From: Oculina patagonica
Taxonomy: Eukaryota
Length of the DNA stretch: 64,000 nt
Assembly (NCBI RefSeq): GCF_052425735.1
Contig: NC_135759.1
Location: 33,852,001-33,916,000 of the forward strand
Direction of reading: 5' to 3'
The translations under genes and the position numbers were made by a program. The notes beneath the pieces were generated by a model. That model was not told the origin of the DNA. It worked only from the letters and a program-made list of their open reading frames with translations, and did not search any database. Below are positions 38,801 through 51,800 of this stretch, in pieces; the first letter of the stretch is position 1; the number at the start of each line of letters is the position of its first letter.

Positions 38801-41532
38801 CATAATTTTCAGTTACTCCAGGGAGCCGGATTGAAATTCATATTAATACTGTAATGTGCATCTTATCACGTTTTCTTGATAGTTGGAAAATGAAAAAATT
38901 GTAGCCCAAAAGGAGCGAGAGCTGGAACTCTTGCGTGCTAAAGCAGAGAAAGAAACTCAGGAGCAACACGTAAGTACCAAATAAGTGAGAAGAATTGTTT
39001 AACATCCGGCAATCTGATACGGATTATTGGTATAGTAACTTAGATGTAAATAATTTTCTCCTTTAATAACGGTAGTTGATTTTCTTACAGGAGAAGCGAC
39101 TTATGGAAGCCAAGGAGCAAATCGAAAAACTTGAGAGGGACGCGAACCGTCTAAAGAAAAATCAGGTAAACTTCTCATTGTAGTTAATCTACGTAAAGGT
39201 TACACGATGCCATAGTTAATATGCTTCCATCAAGTTAGAGAAACACTGGTGGAAATTCAGTTTGGAGAACTCGACGCACTTATGGGACCTGACTCAACTG
39301 CAGCTCGTGTTTCCTCAGTTCTTGTTTTCCCAAACATCTACTCCTTCTACCATAACTCTATGGAACCCTAAAAATATTGTTAATTTTTGTGTTGGCTCAC
39401 CGCAGGAAAAGGATAAAGAGAGACTAGAGCGTGAAAAATCCGAAGCCGTTAATACACTGACAAGGCAGCTGGAGGCTAAGGTAGGGCACAGAAGTGTTTT
39501 ATAGAGGTATTATCAGCAACATGCTCGCGTGCAATATTGTGAATCCCATTTCTTTCTTCGTGATAAAACGGGCATTTTATGCATATATGTAATATTTCAT
39601 CCGTAGAATAAAGAGATCATGCTTCTGCAAGAGAAGATTGCCGAGAAGGAGCTCAAGGTATGAGGAGTTACCTTTTGATTTGAGTGTTTCTTATTCGCAG
39701 TCATTTGACAAGATTTTTGTTGTACATTCTAAATACATCTCATGCAACTATGTGTAATAAAAATGTCATCAATCTCATAATCTGCTGAGCGCCCTTTATA
39801 TCAGCAATATTTAGTATGCTTTAAACCTGAAATTGATCAAGAAAATTCTTCCAAAAAAGGTAGAAATTGGCATAAGCTTTTTTATGAGAAGCTTATTTGC
39901 ATGAACTCGGAAATCCCCATCAGGAGGATTAAAACATAAAATTTTCATTGATCCGTGATTCTATTCTTTTCATCTAAAGCCTCTAAAAAGCCCGAGAAAG
40001 CCATCTTCTGAAGTGCAAATAACGATACCAAAACCAATGCATCAAAACATGATGGAAGCGACTCCTGAAGATTCCGCAGTTGTTCCCGAAACTCCAAAAC
40101 AGCCTCGTGGTATACTCAAGCAAAACGACGTCTATCAGAAAAAGAGAAGAGTAGCTTTTGCAGGCTCAGACGAGCAACGTACATCATCAGAAGATGAAGG
40201 GGACGAAAAACAAACGTTAAAGGTTACTAAGATTTTTACTTTAATTCTTATTTTTCGCCTCTGTCAATCTCATTTTGTTTTTTCTAATTTACTACTGATA
40301 CATGGCATATGAACTGCGGTTTATCATACATAGCTTGAAACAAAGGGTACTAAATCCGAAAGGAAAAGAGGCAGCGAAAAGGAGAACCAAAAGAGCACAC
40401 CAAGAGCAAATGTTCGATTTTCTCCAAAGCCAACTTCTTGGAACAGTGAACCCTCACTCGAAAAGAAATCCCCATTTACAGAAGTACAGAAATTGAAACA
40501 AATTCCAAGAGGCAAGCCTATGGTTCCACAGAAACAGAAGAAGGTACTGAAAAATAGTTTTACAACAGCAGTAGTTTTCTTTACGAGAGGTATTAAAATC
40601 TTTTTGACTTGCCTTCATCTGGATTGAAAATAAGTTAATTTGCATGTAATTTGTAAATGTAATTTATTTACCCACGTGACACGGAAGAGCTCAGGAGCTC
40701 GTAAAGACGTGTACTACGTGCATCCAAGATCGAATTGGAATTTGGAGTGTTGGTTTTTGTGGAGGGAGGAAAACCGGAGAACCCGGAGAAAAACCCTCGG
40801 AGCCGGAACAAGAACCAACAACAAACTCAACCCACATATGGCACCGGGCCGGAATCGAACCCGGGCCACATTGGTGGGAGGCGAGCGCTCTCACCACTGC
40901 GCCATCCCTGCTCCCACCATGTATGAACCTTCACCAGTTTTTACTCTTTAGTATATGTTTCAGTTTCAACTCTTTCTTTCTCATACAGATAAAAATCCAA
41001 AGTGATGATTCTGAGGAAATGGCGAAGTTCAAGGAATTGTTCCCTGATATGAAAAGTCCGGATTCCCTCTACGATAAATCTCCGGTAGGTTAAGAAGACT
41101 TGGTGTCGAGTTCAGTTATTCAATGTACAAAATCGCAGCTTTCAATTGATCACCAACACACTGATACGTTGCCTCTCATCCTTAATTTTACATGTTTTTG
41201 AAAGTAACTCCCTGTGCTGAATTAGTACTTCAGTGATGGGTTCAAGTTAGTATAGTTCCGGCTTATTTTAAGTAATGCCCACTACCGATGAACCGGTGGT
41301 GTATCTGAGCAACATCGCTAAAATTACTTCGAACTCGTGATTAAACAAAATTGAGTTTGATGTTTCCTTTTTTTAGGGCAAAGCACGTGGCTTGCACGAA
41401 ACGATGAAGCCTCCATTCAAGAGCAAAATAACTAAAATTAAACCACTTTCGCGTAGGAAGAAAGACAAGCAAGAAAGTACTGCTTGGTTTGACTCTGATA
41501 CACTCTTTGGGTTCGCAATGGATGATGAATAA
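31057..41532 (+). CDS. SYCP1: Synaptonemal complex protein 1 (transverse filament), ~1104 aa, 35 exons
   Basis: Exons 31057-31279, 31496-31626, 31786-31851, 32196-32263, 32505-32578, 33159-33217, 33447-33516, 33608-33681, 33858-33966, 34142-34236, 34379-34563, 34790-34857, 34983-35044, 35153-35269, 35397-35501, 35610-35713, 36092-36134, 36333-36407, 36505-36575, 36720-36753, 36962-37024, 37235-37297, 37420-37482, 37560-37622, 37753-37815, 38262-38324, 38532-38642, 38883-38969, 39091-39165, 39406-39480, 39607-39657, 39980-40222, 40334-40543, 40989-41084, 41377-41532 join into one open frame. LHQEAEKIRKWKTSTEIEIKEKEKKLQE...QRKSILDLQFQNESLSSKL...ATRDMCNALK matches the conserved N-terminal SYCP1 motif. 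LEKYKLENEKIVAQKEREL matches the C-terminal coiled-coil motif. The tail is basic and S/TP-rich. Confidence 0.9.
32793..32876. repeat. (ATC)n microsatellite
   Basis: Direct reading; explains the spurious poly-Met ORF. Confidence 0.9.
38047..38170 (-). mobile_element. Degraded Penelope-like terminal fragment with a mutated hammerhead-ribozyme core
   Basis: The minus strand reads ..TTTATGATGGTTTCCGCTCAGGTTGTCGAAAC.., resembling the CTGATGA..GAAAC minimal hammerhead with the CUGA core lost. Confidence 0.4.
40651..40915 (-). mobile_element. tRNA-derived V-SINE-like copy in a SYCP1 intron
   Basis: Closely similar reverse complement of 21073-21336, including the 3' tail. Confidence 0.8.
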
Positions 41533-42899
41533 ATAATGCCTGAGGTTGAGAATAATTTTTATAAAGACAATCTTTGCCATAATTTATCGTGGTCAATTAC
41601 GATAATCATTAGCAATCGTCATGACATTTGTAAAATTAATAATTAGATTGATCTTTTTAGTTTCAAGGGCCAAAATTGTGGCATTTGTGAAAATTAAACC
41701 ATGAGAAAATAAATGTTAATGGTATAAGTTATGTTTTGTGTCAAATCGAGAAGCTATCCTGGTCGTTAAGAAACCAATTTTTGCCCTTCTGTACAATTAT
41801 CTATTTTGTATTATATTCAGATAATGACTTTTTAGTGGACTTGCTATAACCGCAGTAGTTAAAGGTGATATAATGAAAAAGAGCCAGACACAAATATTCG
41901 TCAAACGACGTGCAACTGTCCGGACCACGCCTAAAGGAAGATGACGCTGAATAGCAACGCAACGCACGTTTAATAACATTTTCTGATCAAATCTCAAGCA
42001 AAAAAAATGCATTTTACAAAAGTTGTCACTACAAAACGTAGTGCAGGATATATGATTATTATTATTATAAAATGTAGCGCAGGATATATAATGCAACAAA
42101 CATTTGGTTAGCATTCTCCAAAGAATGTACTGCTATCTTAGCCCCTGACTTGACTTATTGGATATATTGACAGAGAGAGGCGTTACAAGCGAACTGTCTA
42201 AGGTTTAACATCAAAAACTGTGATTATTATAAATGAGGATAAACTAGTGAGGACAGCAGCAACATAAGCCATACGAAGAAAATACAAAATATTTTTTTTT
42301 TTACAAGTCAGTGTAAGTATATATAGCACAACACTGGCCGTCCTCGTTAGCCGATTTGCTCGCCATTTTGTTTCTTAATGATGTCAGGTAGTTATGACAA
42401 AAACTACTGAGCCCGTCAGCAATCACGCTCATCTCGAAGCTGTCTTCGTTACATTCGCTTGCACTTGTGCTCCCTTGATACGACGTTTGAAAAACAAGAG
42501 TAAATATTGACAACGGTTGAGAATTCGTTTGAGATACAACTAATATATGAAAGTTAAATGACACTTTTCACGGAAGCGGCTCTGAAATTATCATTGCGGA
42601 AATGTTTCTGGCTGACTCCTAAAGACTTACTTAGTTCGATCTCAAGACGTTAGATGTAGTTTTGGGTCTACAATTATTTGATTGCTGTTATATCTCCAGT
42701 ACCTACATAGCGTCAAAGATTCTCCCAAAAAAGACTATAGTTCTCTTGGAACAGTTACACTTTAAGCCCTCTAAATATGAGGTAATCACGTAAGATTACT
42801 CCTTAATGCTCTGCCTGATTAAACGTTTTAGTTCCGGATGAAAACTACCTCAATCTATACACCACCGTTTAACTGGGTGTTCTGAAATATTCTCACGGA

Positions 42900-45800
42900 T
42901 CACTCAATAGGCGAGAGCTTGAGTACTTGTGCAGCTGAATTTATGCCATATGCCACAATCGAAACTTGTTTTTTGATTTCCTCCCCGGTAACTAATCCCT
43001 TCCGTGCACGATAAATGGCATCCACCACTCCACCGTACCAGTTGTAGGAAATGGTCGGGCTGTGTGTCAAAACCACGTGCCTAAAAATGGAAAATGCTTT
43101 CATTAGTCTTCTAAGACGAACTGGCCAGGAAGTAGTTTAATTTGAGGTCGCAATGTGACCCTGAATGAAAATCAAAAATGAAACGAAAGATGAAGCTTCT
43201 CGACTGATTATCATAAGTACAACAAGCAAAGCAAATCAATAAGAAGACCACTCAATAGTCAAGGAAAAAATATTCAAGATCTTTTACCACTTAAAAATCA
43301 TTTCACAAGAGGTGAAGACTGAGCTTCCTTCTAATAACTTTGATCTGCACATTATTTGTATTACGTCTCACCTCTGTAATGGGTTGGCCTGTAGAATTGG
43401 CTGAAGGTTGATAAAAGCCCGCTCTACGTTAATTAATCGGGTGTTGATTCTGCGCACAACTGCATCACTGAAAAAAGAAAATCGAATATTTCAAGACCTT
43501 TCAATAGAGGAATTTTTCAATTACTGCTCGCTTGGAGATTAAATCACAGAGACATGCAGCAATGAGCCAATAAGGTCTCAAAGTGAAACATGCAATCGGC
43601 GTAAACAAAACTGTCTTCACTTGATTTTTTTGCTAACACGCTAGTATATGATATTGGCAAAAGCAGTCCAAACGGTTCGGTAAACACCTTAACTGCAATT
43701 CAGTGTCTAAACTGGAGCATACAAGGAAGTCAGTATTGTATTATTTTAGCTATAGACCAGACGTTCAGCAAACGGAACTGTTTCTTCATAAAAGCAAAAG
43801 AGGATGATATGTAATGATTCTCTCAGACTCGTGTAGTGTAAATTACAGTACAAAGTACTGTACAAAATATGCTTTCTTACTCTTCTTTGTCTGCTTTTTC
43901 CACGAAAGCATCGAACACTTTAGCAGTGTCTTGGAAGTTTTTTACGGCCTCTTCAAGGTAGTCTGCAGGATGGACAAATTAAAGCGTTAAGTAAACAGTT
44001 TTAAATAAAACACAACGCATTGTGGTGCTATCCCAAAAAACCATTTTGGTGCAGTTGCTATGTCAGTTTAATAAACAAAAATAATGGCATATAAATAGTT
44101 GCTTTAAAACTTATTCTACTTATATTATTCCTGGTGCTTATCAAAACTTTCCTCGAGTACCAGTTTAGAAATTAACTCTAGTAGGTCAATGATGTTTTCT
44201 CGTCTTTTTATTCCCCTGTTTTCCTAACTGATTCTCAGTTTCTGACACAGACTAGCACTCGTTTAAATGGAGAACTCGGGTTTGTGTATTTTAGGCGGAA
44301 ACTGGTCATAAACCTGGGCAGAAACGGCTAGACTGTTCATAGCCTTTCTATTTTATAGCGCAAAAGAACGTGAGAGAAATAGAGCGAACGAGCGCAAGCG
44401 CGAAGCTCGAGGAGACGAGTGATGTTAACTGCTGCAAACTCGCAAGCGCCATGGTGCACTCATGATCGGCTGTTGTCAACGTAATGACCTTTTTGTTGCC
44501 TTTCAACCAATGGTTATTTTTTGTTTTAATTAGAGAAACAGGGAATTCACACTTCTCTCTAAAGATGGTTACAATCCATCTATTATTTTAACTAATTATA
44601 ACTGCGTCCAGATCTCGATTCTTTTCCCGTTTTTTAACGATCGAAGAAAAAATACGAGAAAATGGAGAGCTGTGAACAGTCTAGAAACAGGCGAAAACTT
44701 AAACGAAGTGGAAAGACCTACATACCCAATTCTTTTTTCACAGCGTAAGTGTTAAAATCATCTTTGAACTTTTCCTTTATTTTTGTAGTGAACACCTTCA
44801 TGTTAGCGCCATAGTGGGTCACGTTTAATGGCAGAATAACGGCATCAGCCAAGGTCATGGTTATTTGGGTCCAAATTCTTGTGGTCACTTGATGGTATTT
44901 AAAATCAGGGTCAATAAGGTGCGACATCCACCAAAAATTGTCGTGAACTGTGTGGTATAACGGATTACCGGCGACTTTCTGTTGGAAAAACGAAATTTAT
45001 GATTAAAAATGGCCTGTGACCTCCAGATCGGAGTACGAATACGACTTTTCAAAGCTGTTGCTTTTATGCTTTCAGGGGCGGATAATGAGGCCAGGGGATG
45101 TCATCTTTTCTGTACGTTACCCTTATTTACAGTTCGTTTCCAGATCAGAATTTTACAACCTGAACTGCAAAAAAAACTTACATTGTTGTATGTGTAACGA
45201 ATATCCACAATAGGAATTCCAAGCCGCTGGATGAAATTGACATAATCACTACCTGCTCGTGGTTGCTGAAGTCTGCCGATAAAAGTAATAATAAACATAT
45301 AAGGTAAACTGACAAGAATGCGGACTGTAAAGCCCCCATAACTGCAAACAATTAAAACCAACTCTGCTAGTTGTATAGTACAGACGTTTATAAGCAATCC
45401 TTTATTTACCGCAATAATTTATGCTTTCTCCTTTAATTTCGCAGTTTAGCTTACATGTAAATACAATAAACAAGTATGCTTTTGATTAGTTACTACCTTG
45501 GTAAATAGTTGAACCCCATTGTGTTTGGAATTTTCCTGAGCCATTCATCAAAGGCAGTCTCGTCTCCTTGAGGGCTTTGTACCTAACAAAATAAAAGCAA
45601 TTATATGATTGTTTGATTGAGTGATGAACCGTTCTGTGTGTTTATATTGTATGCAATCCCATTGAAAGACCTTAGAATGTCGTTGAATAAATCTGAGAGA
45701 GGTAAATGGGCTTGTGTCCTACCAACCTTCATCGCTCCTCTGGCCAAAACCCAGTCAAGAAGAGGTGCAGACTTGGCTCGGAAAGAATAATTTCCTTTGG

Positions 45801-48800
45801 AAGTAACAAAAATAATATTATAAATGCAAGACGACTATTGTAACTAAACATTAGAGTGATTTTCAGTTGACTGTCGCAAAACCAAAGTGATGATTTTCCG
45901 TGTTTCAATAAAGTTTTACATTACGTTATTAAAAGTAATAACTCTGTTCAATCACAAAGGAAACAAACAATCCATAAAACCAATCAAAACTAGAAGCAGA
46001 TACATGTAGACGGCGCTTTCGCGGGAAAACGCGTGCCGGTGACTCACGATCAGTAATGGCGCGCGTTTTTTAAATCAATCACTAAGCGTTGTAATGTAAA
46101 ACCAAAGCAAGGCAAGTATGCTTTCCACACTCAAGTGAAAACCACTCTAAACTATTTGATACTGATTCTGAATCTAAAGAAACTCGAAAAAGAGTTAACA
46201 GTTCTTTTAATGAAATATGGTAGAAGCTCGATCTACTGATATAGTTTATGTTGTATCTTACCGTCAACAGCCATGTCTACGTTGAGATATGCCACAGCAC
46301 GGGCGGACAATAACCGCGAATATTCCTTCAAAGAATAAAACAGAACAGTTGCACTTAGTTTCCGTAATGGCCTTCTCGTAAAATGAAATAGTGTTTATTA
46401 AGTCCTTCTTTGCGATGTATAAACTACTTTCAAATCAAATATTAAAAAGCTAATAATAGTTTGCTAGTAAAGTAGGGAAAAACGACAGATGGATGCGTTT
46501 TTAACATGAACCCCTCGCTCGGGAGATTGGGCAACCACTCCCAACATCTACGACTTTAAATAAATACCATACCATGATAAACTAGAAAGGCACAAAGATA
46601 GTCACGATCGCGCAAGATTTAGACGGATTCCGAGGTGAAACTTGAAATATCTATAGGCTACGTTTTTCAAGCTGAATGTACATTTCTGTGTAAGGAAGTG
46701 AAACATTTTGAAACTGCAAGTTCAGTGCTATACTCATTTTTTTTATTAGACTAATGGATCCATTTACTGTACCTCCAACCATTCCACTGATCCCATGTAC
46801 TGGGGTTCCTCAGCTCCCCAGCTTAACAGCACTATGGTGCGTTTTGGCTTCCATCCTTAGGTTAAACAACATCGGTGTCAACTGTGGTTAATAGCGTTTT
46901 CCAAGCTGAAAATTGTAAGTCAGTACAAGTGGCCTACGAACAGCACCCAACATTTTGCCGGCTTGTTGACGTCCGAGTGACAAAACCTGGCTTGCGAGGA
47001 TTCTACATCTCTTGGATGTTTTTACTGAATGACACAAAACTTACGCTAGTAAAACCCATAGACAGAAACATTTATCGGACAATTTCTTAAATCTCTACCT
47101 CAGTTGGGTTTAAACTATTTGCTTGCTAGTTCGCGAGAAAGATATTGCTCATGTTAGCCTGCGTAGCAGGCGCCGTAGTTTCAGACGCCTGCTACGCAGG
47201 CTATGCTCATGTTGGTTATTAAAATTTACCTTTGTTCAGCTGCTCTCCAAGAACTCTGGACAATTCCATCATGGCAGCAGTGCCGCTAGACGCATCCGCC
47301 GCACCAAATACCCAAGCATCTCGATGATTACCAAGCAACACGAGCTCATCTGCAAAGGATACCAAGAAAGAGGATTTGCATATACGAGAGTACTAAATTA
47401 TTGCCTGCTGGTAGACTTCAAATTTCATTTCTGAATACAGTTTTCCAACGTAACGCAGAAAGCAAAAGGGACATCTGCACTGACCACTGAGCTACTGCAG
47501 TTCACTTGCCGCATTTGAACATCTTTCTTTTTTTTCCAACAACAGCAGTTTTTGGCTAAGGCTGCATCATCTACTTGTTATTTTAAAAATTTATTCCCGT
47601 CCCACAACATCTTTTTTTACACAAATTGCCCCAGTCTGACCTTAAAAGCGTAGTCGGTAGGACAACTGCGATTTAATCTAGAATTCGTGGCTCTCACTTA
47701 TATCAAAGATTTTTCCTGTTTCATCTGATTCCATTTCTTACTTGGTTTACAAAAAGAATAGAAGAAATATCGAGGGCTAACACTCATTCAATAACAATTT
47801 ACTAATGTATAATATCTTTATTATCACGAGTGTTCATAATTATCATTCTCCCGTACAGTTGGAAAGCTTACCAGGATGGGTGGATCCTTTGATTACTCCC
47901 ATCACGTTGTACACATCGGCCTCGAACAGTTCATTAGTAACGTTCAAAAGGACCTCTCTGGGTGGAAAATACAACAGTACAAAAGACATCATGATTTTAG
48001 AAACGTAGAACTGAATCAATAAAAGTTTTATATCGGGGAATAATAACAACGTCTTTCACGTTTTAGTGTGTGGTACCATCGCTGGATATTTATAAAAGTT
48101 TAGTTGGAGATTAGTCGACGTTAAAACTGGAGGACCGAAAAAATGTACAGAAAACTTGACTAAAAGATAAAAATACTGAAATAAAAAATCATGCAAATCC
48201 TGGATAAGTTTAAACGTACTTTGAACAACCCGGCTCCGCAATTAAATTTCAGATTTAGATTCAGATGTAAAATGAACCTCCTCTTAGCGAAAGATCAACG
48301 TTTACATCAAAACTGAATTCACCTTTCTATTCATAGAAATTATCAAAAGTGAAAATGCAAAAAGGCCGATTTCTCAAAACAATTACCGAAGTAGACTCTC
48401 TATGGTAGCTGTGCTATATGTCGTTAGAATTGCGTATCACTTCACCAGTACTCGTGTAGACAAGCTCTGCGAACACTTCTTCGAAAGTTGTCATGCTAAT
48501 TTACCGCAAATGAAGGAAAACGGCATCTATAACTAGGACCGTACTTCCGTTTTTCTTGACAAAAACCACGGTAATGAGTTCTAAACAGAAATAAAACGAT
48601 GACCAAGCAACATCCTATCAATATACATGGTCGCATTACTATCGTGCAAGACTAAGTGCAAACTGAGCTAATTTGGGACAGTGCTAGTGCCCAGTGTCGA
48701 CTCATCTCTGGTTACTCACCTGGCATCATTTTCTGCCATCTGTATTCCATATGGGAAGTTCAGACCTCCTTGGAAGGACGAATTTGCCAGAACCACATTA

Positions 48801-51800
48801 CGAACCAAAGTTCTAAATTACATACAAAGCTGAATCACTGATTCATTAAATAATTAATAGAAAAACACAGGGATTATCTCAACCCCTTCCCCCGCTTGAA
48901 GTGATAAAGTATAAAGCTCTCAGTCAGTTTGGCCAATATTATTAACTTAAGCAGTATAAGCAATTTTAGTACTTTTACACTTAACTTCTCAAGAAACGTA
49001 AATAAAAACTCTACTTAGGCTGTATAACAAGGAATATATTGCTTAAGTTCGTGTAGCAATCGCCCTTCGAAACGGGGGTCTGAAGAGAGCATAGCCTGCT
49101 GTTCGGATTTCGCGCCCCGAGTGCGGAGCCTTCTCCGCCGAAACAAAGCAATCACGTGCAAAATATCGCCAGCTACACAATAACAAGCTATAGAGAGCGT
49201 GAATACGTGGAGTGGGAGTTGGGAGAGGTGCTTTGCGCTTCCCGCAAGCTTCCCCTTTCAAATATGAGAGAAGATGGGGAGACTTTGAACAAAATATCCA
49301 GATCGAATAACCCAGGGAACCCTTTTCTAAACACACACCCATACTGATACTGCTATGAATCTCCTCAAACTCAGATAAAATTCATGGCAAAAATAATAAT
49401 TGAAGGTTTAGTTTATGTTCGTGACTATGTTCCACTGTTCCTTTGTCAAGTACCTGCCAATCTCAGGCGCGTAGCTGGGGTTTTTGGAAGGGTGTTCGTA
49501 TTGACCAGAAATATTTATAAGGGGGTTACTAAATACGAGCGCCGAAGGCGCGAGCCTCCAGGGGGTCTGGTAGCATGTCCCCCCAGAAGATTTTGAAATC
49601 TAGAGGCCCGGAAATGCTATTTTCAGCATTGTGCACGTCAATATTTCAAACTCGATGGAGTGTAAAATAACAGGTCGTCTATTGATATTCCATTTATCAA
49701 ATCCCGAACGCTTGTTAAGAAAATATTTTTCAACGACGGGATTATTTTGACTAGGTCACTAGGATATTTGAGGCCACTTACTTACTCATTCACTACAGGA
49801 CTATTCGTAAAGCAAACTTGACAATTGCATCATCCTCCGGTGGAGGCCTTGAAATAGATTGACAATTTCGTCCAGATCGACAGGTGTATCATACTTAATA
49901 TGCTTGAGAAAGATGGGAGAGCCCATTCTCTTAACAATGTAATACTTTCCCGATACTTTTACCGGTTTCGTGCAGGTTAATTTAAAAGCTGCAACATTCA
50001 AAGTTTGTTTTTCATTCCCCCACTATTTGCCAAAAGCTGAAAATCAACAATTGTGTTTTCATTCCTCCATTATTGACCTCCAAAGGGGGTTCGTTCGAAC
50101 CCCTCGAACCCCCCCTCCTACGCGCCTGTAATCTTTAAGGAGTGTTTGTTTACCTGAGTAGTGGCTCAGCGTCCTTGTATGATATGGGATGTACAGGGAT
50201 CTGAGGGAGAAGCTTCTTAGCTTCCTCTTTAGGCAAGCGGTACATTCCCTCTAAATTAAAAACAGACAAGATTCTTGTTTCAACAAACACTATTTAGGAA
50301 AGAAATTTCTTCCTAGAGAAACACATTTGTTTTTAAAACAGCTTTCTGAAGTAGATCAGCCTTGGAATATCAGCTACCATTTATGTCTTACAAAACAATA
50401 TCACTCTTGGAAGAAAATACAAGATCATTATTGAGAGCACATGGCATTTTACGTGCACTTTTTCGAATAACCTTTTCTATTGCACAGTCGTGCCGTAAAT
50501 GCCCCGCAGCACTTAACTTAGAGCGACAGGGCAGTGGCACAGATTGGCTAATTGGCCTCAACTTTATTATCAACTCATCTGAGTAGTTTTCCTACCAACT
50601 GAAGGGTAGCCAGGAGTCTGTGGGTCTCCTCGTATTGGAGATGACTTTATGTTGCCACGCTGCACTCCAGTGCTAGGCATCCAGTTATAGTCTGGATACA
50701 CCTTATTAACTCCTTGCTTTGCATAATCCTCAGGATCCATATAATAGATTGCTCCAATAGCTCCTGCTTTGTGGGCTCGTTTGTTCTATGAGAAAATCAG
50801 GCCAAGGAAATAAAATTATAAGGAACAAAGCGAGAAGGGAATGGAACGGTATTGCGGAGCTCCTACTCTGCACTAACAAAAGTGATCGAGATCCAGATGG
50901 AGGTCCTTGTCATACGGACTGCTACAGGAACATTAGAGGTGCGGGATAGAGCGGTTTTTACTTGAGTGTCGAAAGTAATTCGAATTTGCTTTCGTTTTCC
51001 ATTACAACGATTAATGGTTGGTTTAAAACCTGGTCCGCCACTTTCACACTGCTTTCACATCCAATCAGAAGTAAAGCCAAAACCACACGTGACTCACGCG
51101 TACGTTTTCCCGCTCTTCGCACAGGCTACGTGTATTTTCTTCGAGTTTTGATTGGTTCACTGGATTTTCTGTGTCCCTTAATTATGATCGGCCAGAGTTA
51201 TTACTTTGGTTTGGGTCTTACAACACTGAATTGAAAACTGCTCTATTACATTGTAATAACCAATATATAGCGTTTCTTGCTTGCATAAGAAAAGGCATTG
51301 CTTACAGTCTACACCGTTCTGTTTTGCCCATCTTGGCCTCTACCTTTACACTAACCTTAGTAGATCGTCCAACCTTTCCGTATCGCATGATGACGATTTT
51401 ACCAGTGCAGTTAACTTTAAGTCTTTTGAGTTCATCAAAGTCTTGTTCTCGTCCATAATTAGCGTACACAAGTTTACCCTGCAACGTTTAAAGCAAAGAG
51501 GAAGTAATAAATAGAGATAAATACTTTGCTTTTCAATTTTTGTGAGGCAAGTGATTAAGAAAAAAGGGGGCAAATAAAATAATAATAATAAAAAAAATAA
51601 ATATGTGTTTATAGTGGTCATGCACTTAGCTTCATATCTCAACGAGATAGCTAGTTTACAGGCATGCCACTGAAACAGAGGAAACAAATAATTTATAAAT
51701 GAACATAACAGGATTAAAAATCCCAACTGGCAGGAGGCAGACCAGTTGGCTATATACAAAGCGTGGTCGAGGATTTGAACTCGGGACAACCGAGAAACAA

